A DNA stretch of 64,000 bases, taken from the human T2T-CHM13v2.0 reference genome, Homo sapiens. The stretch is from the NCBI RefSeq assembly GCF_009914755.1, contig NC_060946.1. One strand, given 5' to 3'. Under the pieces are notes generated by a model that saw only the letters and a list, made by a program, of their open reading frames with translations, was not told the DNA's origin and made no database searches. A program made the translations under genes and the position numbers. Positions 27,094-40,327 of the stretch are shown one piece after another (positions within the stretch are counted from its first letter, which is position 1; the number at the start of each line of letters is the position of its first letter).

Positions 27094-28651
27094 TGACAAC
27101 GCCTTTTAAGGGAAAGACCCACCCTACTGTTGACCTTCATTGTTCTGATTACAATGTTGCAGGACTATGAACGCACACAAAGCTGGGAGCCCTTACCAGG
27201 CGGTAAAACTGGAATAAACCAAATAAACTGAGGCCTATTTAAAAGCAAACACAAAACAGCGAAACCAATAACATTTAAAGTTGCAGCACGCGTTTTGCAG
27301 GGCAGATGCTTCTCGGTGACAGGGCACTGGCAGTGAGCTCCAGGGTGGAGAGATGTACCTGCTGGCTCTCCGTGTGTATACATTTCCCCGCGTTCCGTTC
27401 AGTGAGCTCTGCTCTTACATACTTAAGGACGTGTCGCATGAAGGCGTCTTAATAATCACGTGGCTTTGTTTGTTGTCATCACGCCTTATATTTAACCCAG
27501 AGCTCTCCTGGAAGGCACTTTTATGAGCGGGTTCCTGATAACTTGCCTAAGATGTCTCTTTCGGGTGAAGACAAGCTTTGCCTTGCAGCGTGAGTAAGCG
27601 GAGCTTTAAACGGGAATAATCCAATTATTGCAGCGACTGCGAACAGAAGAAATGTTCATTGCATATTTACTGCTGCACTTACTCCTGATGAACTGCTCTG
27701 AGACGGGGAGAGGGAAGGCGGGAAGCACACACAGTGTGGCCCTGGGTGCACCACCCACAGCCCCAGAGAGCAGCTCGCACACCCCACTGACACATTGAGC
27801 TCCTGCCTCTTCTTCCTGTTGGAATTTACACGGGGTATTGGGAGTGGATGGGCCTTTGCTGGATGTGATGTCTGCATGAATGTGCACGAGTACACGCACA
27901 CACCATATACACACACACACACCCCACCTCACACACATGGGCCCCTGGGACAGCATTTGGAAATAAGTGTCCCTCCAGATCACACTTAAGACTGTGCTGG
28001 ATTTGGTCACAGGGCTGCTGGATCCCGAAACCCTTCTTTCATCGAATCAGTCAATGTTCCAGAACAAGTAACTCGTGTCCCAGACAGCTGCCCCTAGGAA
28101 CATAGGAGGGGGCTGGGGACAGCAGAGGTCGCCTTCCAGCTTCAGGGCAGGGGTGCAAGGAAAGGAGCTGGAAGCTAGCAGGTGGGGTGGGGTAGGCATC
28201 GGCCTTTCCACACACACTAGGCCGTGAGAGCCTGACCTCGCCGGGGAGAGTGTACCCAGGTACGACTAGAGCTCCCGGGGCAGAGCAGGCCGGCAGGGGC
28301 TGGGGGAGAGATCCTGAAAAAGAACGGTCTCAGGATCCAGCAGCCCTTTGACCAAAGCCAGTAGAGTCTTAAGGAGACTGGGGTCTGGGGGTGCCCCTTG
28401 GGTAGGAAAGGAGGGGAGCGGAAGCGGGCCTGGGTTTCTTCTCCCTCGGGAGTGGGGGTGCCACTGTGACCTGCTTCTTGGTACACGTGAGTGTGCACGT
28501 GGATGTGCATGTTTGCCTGTGGGCACCTGTGTGCACGCACTCCAGGGGCAGGGCTCGTCCTGTCTGCAGGCCGGATGAGAGCTTGTCTGGCAGCTCTGAG
28601 ATCATCACAGGTTCTCAGGACACTCAGTAGCAAGAGCCGTCCCACTTCAGC

Positions 28652-28732
28652 AGTTCAGATGTTCGATCCTGTTATAGCAAACAAGTTCAGATGTCTGATC
28701 CTGTATGGCAAACAAGTTCAAATGTCCGATCC
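28652..28732. repeat. 31-32-bp tandem repeat x2.5
   Basis: AGTTCA(G/A)ATGT..GATCC at 28652, 28684 and 28715. Confidence 0.8.
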
Positions 28733-30879
28733 CACGTAACAGACACACCCTGCTGGATTTTGACGGTACAGCTCCTCCCATGCCATCTGCCCAGCCCTAC
28801 TTCAGGCTGAGAACCCCACTCAGCTGTCTGCTTCTCGTCCCCCAAGTTCAGGCTGGGGAGGAGAGGATGGGAAGAGCCCTCTGGCTGTTACTAGAAGCAC
28901 TGCCAGCTGTGGAGAGGCCCGCAGCCCTTCATCCCTAGGGCCTGGTACAATGGATGTGTATTTGTCCCACTTCAGTGGGTGCCCGAGGCGGCACACAGCT
29001 CGAGTGGGTGTCTCAGGACCGGCTCCTTCCATCCAGTAGAGGACATGGGGCAGAGGGTAGAGGCCCCTGTCTGCAGAGATGACCTTTGCAGCCGGACCTA
29101 GAGGTGGCTTCCACCCTCCCTCCACCCTGCATGCGTGTCCTCCAGCTGTGTCTAGAGCTGTAGATGCAGGCGTGGTGAGAGGAAGCTGGGTGGCAGCTCC
29201 CAGGGAGGGCTCTCCTCTAAGGCACTGGTGTGTGTCCCCACACTGAGGACGTGGCACACCCTCTCCTGCACGGGTCCACCCAGGTGCTGTGGGCCGCCCT
29301 CCTGGGACCCTGCCTGCCCGCTGGGAGTCGGCGCAACCCTCAGCTGCCTTTCCTAGGGTAAACTTTCCTCCCAGGCCTTTGTGTAGATGGGGTTTTTGAA
29401 GTCCCCTTTAACTCGGTCCCTGTCACCCAAACAGCCACACTGTTCTGTCCTCAACTCCATTCAAGGGTCGCCCAACCGTTTTTGGCAAGTTGGACTTTCG
29501 GCAAATTGATTGGGAGCCTGAACAAGGCTGTGCGGAGGACCTGTGGCCAGCCAGGCCCCGCCCACATCTCAGCCCTTTCTTCCCCATGCTGTTTGCAGGG
29601 TCACCAGGCCTGCTCCTCTCGGAGACTTCAAGGAGAGCCCGGCTCCTGCCCTCCCCTGGCTGCCTCCCTCCCCTGAAACACAGTCCCAGCCCGCACTGGG
29701 CAGCGTCCTCTGCGCTCTGCCCTCCTGGAGCCCAAGGTTTTTATGCTGCCACTGATGAGGGTCTAGGTGCAGCGGCTGCGTCATCCCGGGGACTGGGGGG
29801 CCTTGGAGCGGGAGCTGGCCTCTGTCTGGGGAGGCAGCTTGAATGTACACACAGAGGGGACCTGGGGTGGTGGAAGGAGCCAAGCCCTTCTGTAGACCTG
29901 GGGACTCATTGCCAGGGAGCCAGGTGGCCCCGGGGATGATACGCATGTGTGGTTAGTCTGCAAGAGGGCACACAGTGGACTTGTGTGTGAGTGTGTGTGT
30001 GTGCGTGTGTGCGTTTGTGTGTGGACATGTGGCTGAGTGTGGTATGTATGTGTGTGCCTGTGTCTACATATGTGAATGGCATATATGTACGTGATGGAGA
30101 GCATGGTGTGGGATGGAAGATGGGGCTGACTGGCACCTTAGAGAAGTGTTTCCAGGCAGAGAAAGAGCACTGCTGGCCCAGGGCCTGGCTGGGCTGGGAC
30201 TCGGGGGCTGTGGGGTCCTACAGAGGCTTGAGATCGGTGAGACTCTAGATCCAGTCTGGACAAACCCACTCTGAGACGCACTCCTATGCCCCCTTTCTAT
30301 CCTAGGCAGGGGCTCCCTGGCTCCCTTCTCCAGCCACGTCCTAAGCACCTGCTCCTACCGGCCCGGGGACAGGCACTGCAGACATAAATACGCATGAGAC
30401 CCTGTGCCCTTTACGCCCCGTGCCCTTTACCTGTCGTGTGCTCAGGACCCCCCAGGTTAGCCCCTGTGGATGGGTAATGACGTTTGTCTGCCCAGAGCCC
30501 ACGTTTCAGTCACCGTCACTCACGCTACCTCAGGAAGCTCTGTCAGCCCCTGGGCACGCCGCTTCCCTTCCCTGAGAGCTATTGCAACATTGCGACCAGA
30601 GGGGAGGCCTCCTCACCCGAGCCCGGGGAAAGGGAGTTGTGAAATGTATGCTTGAAAGGCCCCTTTGTCCCCGGGACATGGTGGCCCGGCGCTGTGCCTC
30701 TGACCGTCTCCAGCAGGAAGTGGGCTGGGGTGGGTGAGCCCAGCTCCTGCCGTCAAACAAAAGGTGTTGTGTGCTCAGGGCCGGCCCGCTGGTGCCCTCG
30801 GGAGGGCCAGGCCCAGGGACGGGGCAGGCCTGCTGCCTGCTTGTCCCTTTGTTCTGCAAATGCTGAGAGCAGGCGAGAG

Positions 30880-31117
30880 TGTACATGTGGGTGCATGTGC
30901 AGATACATATCTGTGTGTGTGCATGCATGTGTGTGCGTGAACGTGTGTGCATGTGTGCGTGTGTGCTGCACCTATAGATACGTGTTTGTGAGCATGCATG
31001 TAAATGGGCATGTGTGTGCCTGTGTGTGTGCCTGCATGCCTTTGCGTGTGGTGTGTGGTGTATACATGTGTGTGATGTGTACGTGTGTGTGTTGTGTACA
31101 TGTGTGTGTGGTGTGTG
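30880..31117. repeat. Degenerate (GT/TG)n tract
   Basis: Directly visible; similar shorter tracts near 22960-23036, 27890-27938, 29980-30100 and 32040-32085. Confidence 0.85.
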
Positions 31118-32627
31118 GCCAGGCATGGCAGCTACAGCATAGGCAGGGCTGGAGCCACCTTCACCAGCCTAAGTCCCCCCGGACCCCGCCGTCCTTCCTT
31201 CTTCTCCTTCAGGTGACCCTGAGCACCACCGTGCATAGTACCACATCATGTCTGGCAGGGATGAGGGTCCTTTCCGTAGACAGCCAGTGGGCTGGGCCCT
31301 GGCACTGGAGAGGGTGTGTGTCCAAGATGCTGAAAGCTGGCACATCACCCCAGATCCCTCCCCCATCCTCAGCCCCACAGTCCCAGTGAGCTCTGGTGGC
31401 TTGCATCCTAGCCTGACCGAGAGGGCCCCAACAACACAGCCTGTAGGTTCTGGCCAGCCGAGCCTTGTGCTGGGTAGTGCGCTGTGGCCTGCGCCGTATC
31501 CACCCTCAGCGTCCTTCTCCCGGGATTTCCCAGCCCAGAGCATGAGCTTCGTGGTGGGCATGAGGTCCCAGCTGAGCTCGGTAGTGAAGGATTTGGGCCC
31601 AGGCCACCTCCTGTCCACCCTCTCACAGCCTGCCCTGCAGGCAGGTCAGGACCTGCCCTCGGACACCACCCACACTGCCCGGGTTTTCTGGTCTGTGCCA
31701 ACCCCACTCCTGCTGGCCCAGGCCCTGCCCTGTGCTGCAGAGAGTGCCAGAACTGGCCCGGGCAGATGCAGAAACATCTCCCTGTTGCAGTTGAAGGGCT
31801 CACTTCACCTGAGACAGCCCAGTCCCTGCTTCTGGCTGTTAGGGCAGAACAGGACAGGCACTGGGGACCCCAGGGGGTTTCTGAGGCCCCGTTCAGCTCA
31901 AGATGAGAGCAGGAGCCACATTGCACTAAAGACTACCTTGGGCGCCATGGTACGGGGTGGATGGGAGCCCACGTGGGGATTTCTTTTAAGCCACACTGGA
32001 GCCTCTTCCTTTCATGTCCTTCAGTGTTGGTGCTAGAGAAACACACCCTCAACACACACGCGCACACACACACACACACACACACGATGCTTTCTGTAAT
32101 TTGTCCAGCTCTTTTCTCAGGCATTGCAAGGGGATTTCTGCTACTGGGGCATGTGTGTTTCATCCTGTAGCTTCCTCGTGGGTTTAAGGTTCGTGTTTGT
32201 GGGTGTCTGAGATTTTCTACCATATTTACTGTTACCCAACACGATGCATCAGGGATGGGAGACACAGCTGCTGGTGGCTTTCTGCAGGAATAGAACAGAC
32301 AAGAAAAGGGGCCCCGGGAAGACGCATGACAGATTCCGGCCATCCCCACTCATGGCGCCATCCCCTCTCTCAGCGCTGTCCCTCGGGGTTGGTGGACGTG
32401 CAGCAGGTGGCTGGGACCCTCTGAGGGCCTGGGAGCTGCAGCCTGGGTGGCTTGTTCTTCCTGGAGTCGCCCTGGGAAGCCGGGGGGTTCCCTATCCCCA
32501 CGTGCCATGTTAGTGGCAAGGAGCACAGTTGCTTTTTCTCGGAGGGAGACACTGATTCTCAGCTGGAGTTTCCTCACCTGACTCTTCAGGTGAACGAGGG
32601 ATGTTCCCATGTCTCCTGGTCTCCTGG

Positions 32628-32985
32628 CTGTCTCAGCCGGCTCAGGCTGCCGTAGCAAAACTCCGCATACTGAGGGGCTTAAACAACACACGTTTATTTT
32701 CTCACGGTTCTGGAGGCTGGACATTCAGGATCATGGTGCTGATAGGTTTGGTTCCTGGTGAGGATCTGATTCCTGGCTTCTAGGCAGCATCTGCTTGCTG
32801 TGTCCTGAGATGGTGCAGGGGGCTGGGGAGGGGAGAGAGAGAGAGACAGAGAAAGAGAGACAGCGAGCACACATGCTTGAACTCTCTGGAGTCTCTTAAG
32901 GACAGGAATCCTGGCAGATCAGGGCCCCACACTCATGGCCTCATCTAACCTTCTTCACCTTCTGAAGGCCCCATCTCCAAATCCA
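32628..32985 (-). mobile_element. MLT1B-like MaLR LTR
   Basis: ggcttaaacaacacacgtttattttctcacggttctggaggctgg...agggccccacactcatggcctcatctaacc...aaggccccatctccaaat. Confidence 0.85.
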
Positions 32986-33449
32986 GGGGTGAGGCTGCAC
33001 TGAGAGGATATTGCATCCCTAGCACTGACCTGGAAAGGGATTGGGGGTAGCCATGCCCGGCTGGTGGACGCCTGCCTCCCTGGCTGTGGGTGTGAAGGTG
33101 CCGGGGGTGGGGTGGGGCAGGACTGGCTGGGACACAGCACCCCACAGCGTCCTCTGCCGTGGGTGCTGTGGCAGGCATGACCAGCCCATCTCAGACTCCT
33201 CTCCACTGCAGTCATGCAGGCTTCAGGCAGCTCCTCCCCCCTTGTCGGAACTGAGGACGAGAACCCATTCATTCTGCCTGGGATGCTGTCCCTTTGTCTG
33301 TCTTCCAGAGGGCCCCTGACCTCCCAGACCTGCCTCCCCTGCGATGACCCCAGGGCCTGTGCCCTCGTGGGGTGAGGAGTGAGCTGTTCCCCAGGACCCT
33401 GTCCTCTGCTGCCCACTGCTCCTATAGGAACAGCCACTGCCTGTGGTCC

Positions 33450-33615
33450 AGCGGCATGATTGGCTGACCCTGTGCAAAATGAAATGCAAGGCCCTTGTTA
33501 AAAATTATTCAGAATTTCAAGACTTGGGAACTGCAGAGCGTTGTCCAAGCGGTGGCCCTCCTATACCTGGAGCCGTGTGCAGCAGCCTGTTTGCATAGCC
33601 ATGAAGCCAGCCCGC
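33450..33615 (-). mobile_element. MER45A-like hAT MITE
   Basis: gtgcaaaatgaaatgcaaggcccttgttaaaaattattcagaatttcaagac...catgaagccagccc matches the reverse complement of MER45A as I recall it. Confidence 0.7.
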
Positions 33616-36600
33616 TGCCCGTCTGGAGGACGGTATGTTAGCACACATGTGTGCACACACGTGCATTTGCACAACTGTTTATGTAGTTGTCATATCCTTC
33701 CTATGGCGAGGAATCTTGGAAATTTTTTCAGGTTTTCAAGTAAACAGGTATCCTGGGGAACTACAGTTCTGGTTTATGCACATTGAGAGTTGTGTTCTTT
33801 ATTTAAAAAAAGGAAAAGAGGTGACATGGAATAGAAAACCCAGGAGAGAGGAGGAAGCCAAGGGCTCTGGAGCTTCGTGAAAGGGACCGGGGCTGCAGAC
33901 GGGAGGTGGGGGCTGGGGGCCATGGGGGCCACTCTTGCCCTGGGCCTGGGTGTCTGTGCAGCCTGGGCCTGGTGTGGGTGACAGAGAGGCCTTCCCTACT
34001 CTGCAGGGCTGGCAACTGAGGCAGCCCAGACACTGGGTTCTCTGCATCCTGGGGCCAGTGGACCCATCAAACATTGAGCCCCAGGAAGGAGGGACCCAAA
34101 GGAAAACAGGAAGGGGCTTCATGCGTGCATTGCCCACATCCAACAAGATGAGTTCCAAGCCTCTATTCGGAACAGTGAGGACCCCGAGGAACTCGGAACA
34201 GTGAGGACCCCGAGGAACTGTGAGTGGGCGAGGAAGGGGAGGAAAAGGCCCACCCTGGCCCTCCCAGCACTGGCATGAAGCGAGCCACATGCAGTCCATC
34301 CACTTGGCACGTAGAGTGGGGTGCCTGGCTCTCACCAGCGAGTGCAGTGGGGATATGTGACTTCATCCGTTCTCCTAGAGCCTCGGACCCAAACTTTCAA
34401 ACTTCTTTTTCATGTAAGATGCAAAGTTCTCCCTAATCTCCCGCCATAGGGTTGAAGTCGGTGGTAGAATCCTGTGTATATAAGTGTGCATGTTTATAAC
34501 TTAACCTTGAACTAAAATACTGCCGGGCAGGTGTTTGGTATCTGATCTGAATGCCTACGTTTTTCAACTGGATGGCAACCCCTGTTTGTAGGTCCAATTT
34601 TTATAAAAGTAATTATGTGTGCATTAGGAAGGACATATTTTTTCCCAGTTTGAGAAATGACTAATCGTTCTTTTGAGATTCCCGCAGCGAAGGTTATGTT
34701 AATACAATCAGCTTTTACTCCGCCATGAAGTCCTTCTCGTGCTTTCTGGTGGAGAGTAATCTCCAGTCTGCCTAACACCTACAGCCACAAAATAGGGTGG
34801 GCCTCCAGGGAAGAGAGAAAATGCAATTCTCTCTGGCATGGGAGGAGTTAATGTGGGCTTCAGAGTCCTTGTGCTGGTGGGGAGCCAGTGCCCCCATCCA
34901 CCTGGCCCTGCCCTGCCCCCTGCCCTGTCCAAGGGCCATCACAAGGACTCACATCCTTTAATCTTGGAGGCTTGACATGGCTGGTGCTGGGCCGGCCCCA
35001 GGGGTCAGCCGGGCATCTGCAGATGAGACGAGGCGGGAGTAGGATGGGGGCCAGGGGTGGTTGTAAAATCCTCCAGTCAAGGATGGGAAATCGACTCCCC
35101 ATCTCCAGCCTGGCCTCACTCTGAGCTCCAAGCCTGGGCCCCCTTGTTCCCCTTTGGTTACCTCCCTGTGCACAGGCTGCCCTCGCTGTATCTGAGGATG
35201 TCCTGACTGGGAACCCCCTCCTCCTGCCTTCTTCTGGCTCTCAAGTGGATTCCAGACAAGAGACAGTGAGGCAGCCACACTGCAGGAGGGGCCATGGCTC
35301 TGCTTCACAGACATGTCTCTAGCTCCCTCGATCATTGCTTGCTGCTCCACGACTGGCCGATGGCAGAGCGGGACTTGGGGAGCAAGCACTAAACCAGGAG
35401 ACCAGGAAGCTGGCAAAGCCCCTGGGCCCAGTGTCCCTGTGTGAGGGTCCCTGGGTGGAGCCACGCCGGGCATTGCCTGAGGGCCCCCCCAGCCAGTGCC
35501 AGGACCCAGGTGCCCTCAGCAACACCCTCACGATCCATGAGAGTAGCACGCTGATTGCCTCTCTCTTTTCTCCCACAGCAAGAATCATCAAGACCAAGCA
35601 GTGGTGTGACATGCTTCCGTGTCTGGAGGGGGAAGGCTGCGACTTGTTAATCAACCGGTCAGGCTGGACGTGCACGCAGCCCGGCGGGAGGATAAAGACC
35701 ACCACGGTATGTGGCCCTCGGCTTTCTCGTGGGTGTGCTGGGGAGGGGGTATGTGTGTGCGGGCCTCCGACGCCACCCGGGCTCCGCGGGGACAGGTGGC
35801 AGCTGCTCACTCCATCCTCATGCAGAGAGGCCAGGGCCCTGTCTCCTCCCCCACCTCCCTCTCTGGTGCTAAATTCCTGACCATCTGTCCTGGGGCAGAC
35901 GGTCTGTGAGTACATGGGGGCTGAGAGCTGGATGCAGAACCAGCTGCAAGGCTGGTCAGCCCAGAAGTCAGATCACTGACCAGGTCTCGAAACCCCCTGG
36001 TTAGAGCCGTCTTGTTTCCGGGACTGATGTGCCCGTGATTTTGCAGGCTGGAGGAGGCATCCGCCCCTCCTGAAGATGAACTTCTGATAACTCCCCCAGG
36101 GCACGGCGGGGGTTCTGTGGAGACAGGGCCAGGTTCAGGTTCCGTCCAGGTGTGCTCCTTCCGTCCCTGGGCCTGGCCTGGTGGCTGCTCACACCAGAGA
36201 CCCGGAGGGCCCTTCAGCTCCTCTCTGTCCCCCTGAGTGGGGCATGCAGTGCACCCCGCCCTCCCAAAGCCACGGCTGACCTGGGTCTCTAGAGCTGCTC
36301 TTCCCAAGGGCGGGAGCTTGGGGAACGCCGGGTGGACATGGGCCTTTTCTGAAGGCGGCGCCTCCAGGCATGCCACGGATGCTGAGGCGGTTTCCCCTGC
36401 AGAGGGGCAGAGGAGGGGAGCCCACGCCCACGTGCATGGGGCTCGGGGCATTCCCATGAGGTGGCCTCAACTCCTCACTAGCGAGTGGCACCCCCTCATC
36501 CTGGCTGCTCCTCCTTTGAGGTTGGCATTGGAAGCTGAGGACGTGAGTGGGTGAGCGTTTCCCTAACACGGATCCGGGCTCCACGCTCTGGGAATAGGTC

Positions 36601-37794
36601 AGGGAGATCTGTGGCTGGGCAGAAGGATCTGGAAAGCCCCCTGGCATCCGAGCCTCCTCCCAGGATTGCACAGGGAGAGGGGGCTGCAGCTCCTCACACT
36701 GGGCTGCAGGGAAATCCTTCCCCTTGCTGCCTGAGCAGCCTCCAAGAGAGGGCTCGGCTGGGCTGTTCCGGCACTTGGTTCAAGAGGCCAATTTGGTGGA
36801 GTTGCTGCAAGGAGAACCACGGATCCCTGGGGTTCTAACGTAATTCGGGGCTCTCAGGGTCGTCTTCTGAGAGTCGCACGGCTTTCTGCTGCAGCCAGGA
36901 TGTCAGTGAGATGGGCAAGGCGGCACTCCAAGCCCCCCATGGGTTTCTCAGGGACCTCTTGCATTTGTGGAAGTTCATGCAGACTCAGCCTCGCTGGCAG
37001 CCCAGGGCCTCCCCAGGTGTGGGCCTGCAGGAGGAGTGTGAGGCCAGGCAACGGCGCCACCCCGAGGCATGCGGACAGGACAGGAGATGAGGGACGTGGG
37101 TTGCTCTAAGCTGAGGTCCTGGGCTTTGCCTGGTCAGGGTTTGTTTATCTGGCATTAAGTGCAGAAGCAAATGATTCCGTCCTGCACCCAGGAAATGCAC
37201 AGTGCTCTACCATGTCCTTACTGCTACCTGTCTGCAGAGGGGGTCTAGGCTCTCCTCTGTCCCTGCTGGTTGGGGTTCCCAGGCCTGCGTTACCGCCCTG
37301 AGTCTCCAGCAACACAAACAGCAGGTGCATTCCATCCACCTGTGGACCCCAGTCAGGCGCAGCCTTTCGTTTCCCTCATAGAAGCTTCAACATAAGCGGC
37401 CACCTCGCCCTGAATTTGGGAGGGATGGGTGTGAAAGCCACTCTGGGTCCCAGCTTCCAGTGACCCATCACTTCTCAGTCGCCCTTTGATGAGCCCCTCC
37501 TCCTCGTGATTTGAGGCCCACGAGGCGCCCAGGCCAGCGTTCAGGCTGCACCCCTTCAGGAACGAACTCGGATGCACCTCTGTGAGAGGACTGCTCAGTT
37601 CACCGGGGTGGGAAGTCAGGGAGTCCACAGACCCTGTGAGAGCTGGCGGTGGATAAGCAGGTCATCACTTGGATGCAGGCAGCCCTGCTGAGCCAGTGAC
37701 AGGGCCAGGACTGGCCCAGCCCCTCCAAAGGCATCGAGGTGCTTGTCAGGAACAGGATTGGGTCCTTACCTGGAGGCTGCTGGCATCATCACAT

Positions 37795-37960
37795 TTTGGT
37801 TTTTGGTAATTTATTGGGCTGAAATTCACATAACATCAAGTTGTCGATTTTAAAGCGAGCAGCTCAGTGGCATTGGGCACACTCACAGTGCTGTGCCACC
37901 ACCCCCTCTACCTTGCTTCAGGGCATTTGCATCCCCCTGGAGGGATGCCCTTCACCCACC
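37795..37960 (-). mobile_element. Old L1 (L1MB-like) 3' end fragment
   Basis: tttattgggctgaaattcacataacat...ttttaaag...tcagtggcattgggcacactcacagtgctgtgccaccacc is typical of an antisense L1MB 3'UTR. Confidence 0.65.
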
Positions 37961-39904
37961 AGGCACCATCGGGGTCTTCAGATCTGCATGAAGGCTTCTC
38001 CTGTGCAGCTCTGCAGCCGCTCCTGCCCAGGGTTACCGTGGCAGACCTTTTGGCCCCACTAAGGGCAACGCTAATTAAAGTGACCAGTGAAGCCCCCCGT
38101 ATGCAGGGCGCACACTGGTAAGTGGGGGACACAGATGTGGCCTGTCCCCAACCTGTCAGGCTGCCTGGATAATGCCTTGTCAGACAGCTTCATGGTGTTT
38201 TCCTTCACTGTTGGCCCAAACCCTGGACCCAGCCCTCCCTGCCTCCTGCGTTCACCCAGAACGCCTGTCTTCTCCTCTCTCCTCCCCTGTAGTTCTTCAG
38301 CACCTGAGTCATTCTCATGAAATCTCATCAGGGACCCCTTCACCCACCCCAGAGCCAGACCAGGGCCACCCAACCAGCCTCCCGCATCCGTCCAGGGCCG
38401 CCCAAGCAGCCTGCCGCGTCCGTCCAGGTCTGCCTGGCCAGCATGGCTTCTGTGTGTGCAGAGACAGAGAACCGAGGTGCTCACCGTGTCAGCTCAGTCC
38501 AAGCCCACAGGGCCCACCACGGGAGGCAGTGAGCCCCCCTTATTCTGGGGCATTTGAGGCAGAGGCTGACCAGGCACCTGGGATATTCCAGAGGGGTTCG
38601 AGCCTTCCTGGCTTTGGGAACAATAGCTGCACCTGTCCGGTGCTTGGTGTGCTCAGAGAGCCTGGGGGAGATGGCTGCAGACTCCCTTTCCCTTGGGCCT
38701 CACGGGCTTGGGAGCTCAGTTTCACAGGCTTGAATACTGCGGCTGGGTGAGCTGGAGTGACTGCTGGTGGCCAGGTGTACAGAAGTCCAGGGAGGTGGGA
38801 TTGATTCTGCTTGTTCTGCTCAACACAAAGGCCAGACCTGGCTTGGTGTGAGACCCCAAGTGGCTTTCAGCTCGGGAGACTCAGATACTCTGATCTTCCC
38901 ATCATTAGGACACTGCAGGGGACCCCCCAAGCCTCTGCTGGTGGAGGCTTAGAGGGCACCTGCAGGGACCAGGGACATGGGCAGGTGGGAGTCTGACTGT
39001 AGCAGGACACTCCGTCATCCAGCAGAGGAAGGACGGCTGTCCACTTCCAGGCTAGTGACTCTCAGGCACCCTGATTCTTCTAGAGAGTGAGGTCTCATAG
39101 GTGGAGGGGACGGCTCTGCTTTCCTGGGGGAGAGTGTGTGTCGGGGGCTTGAAGACCTGTCTCTCAGCCTGTGCCTCATGTTGCTATGGCGGGGGCACCT
39201 TGTATACATGGGCCGCGGATGCCTGGGCCGGTAGATCTCGGTGAGTGACCGTGTGCTCACTCCAGGGGACCGGGGTGGGCCCTGTAATCTTCCCAGGTAT
39301 CTCGGGAGAAGTCTCTGGGAACAGCAGGAGAGCCGGCTCCTAATGGAATCACTGGCCTGTGGTGACCTGTGTTCAAAGCTTTCTGAAAAGGTTAGTTGAG
39401 CTCTTGAACCAAACACCATAGAATTGGAAGCTACAATCCCAGTTGTGCGATTGCATCTGAGTTCTCTCCTAGATGGTAAATTAGCGCTACATGAGATTTC
39501 ACACTTTACCATAAATTGGTTTTCTGCGAGATGATGGCGTTCTCATAACTTGGCTTTTAGAGACTCAGCGGATACTGAGTTGCTGCTAATTCCATCCTAA
39601 TGGCCACGTTCTCAGATTAGAGCTGGCCTCCAGCCCAGGCCTGATGCAGGCAGCCACCCGCTCCCAGCCTGCCCAGCTGCGCGCCACCATCGCGCCGATC
39701 CCCCGTCACTCCTCAACCCCTTCCGGTGTGGGCCGTTGCCGTTTACTTCTCTGTGTGGCGCCACCAGAGTGTGGGTCGCCTAGCACGGGCGCTGGGCCTA
39801 AGGGTGCTGCTGCCCCGTCCCCTTGCAATGCCTGCGCCTCTCTGTGTGACACGTGGATTCACGATTCATGGATTAACCGAGTGTGGACCCCAGGCACATG
39901 CTGA

Positions 39905-40327
<423 letters not shown>

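Noticed and set aside
28119-28133. Partial CTCF-like matches (also near 32400 and 41428)
   Set aside because: Two or more core mismatches; such matches are common by chance in GC-rich DNA.
31248-32036. 200-260 aa ORFs in unique GC-rich DNA (also 741-1382, 22070-22735, 41061-42144, 48053-48787)
   Set aside because: Low-complexity Pro/Gly/Ala/Arg/Ser composition expected by chance at high GC; no recognisable homology or exon chain.
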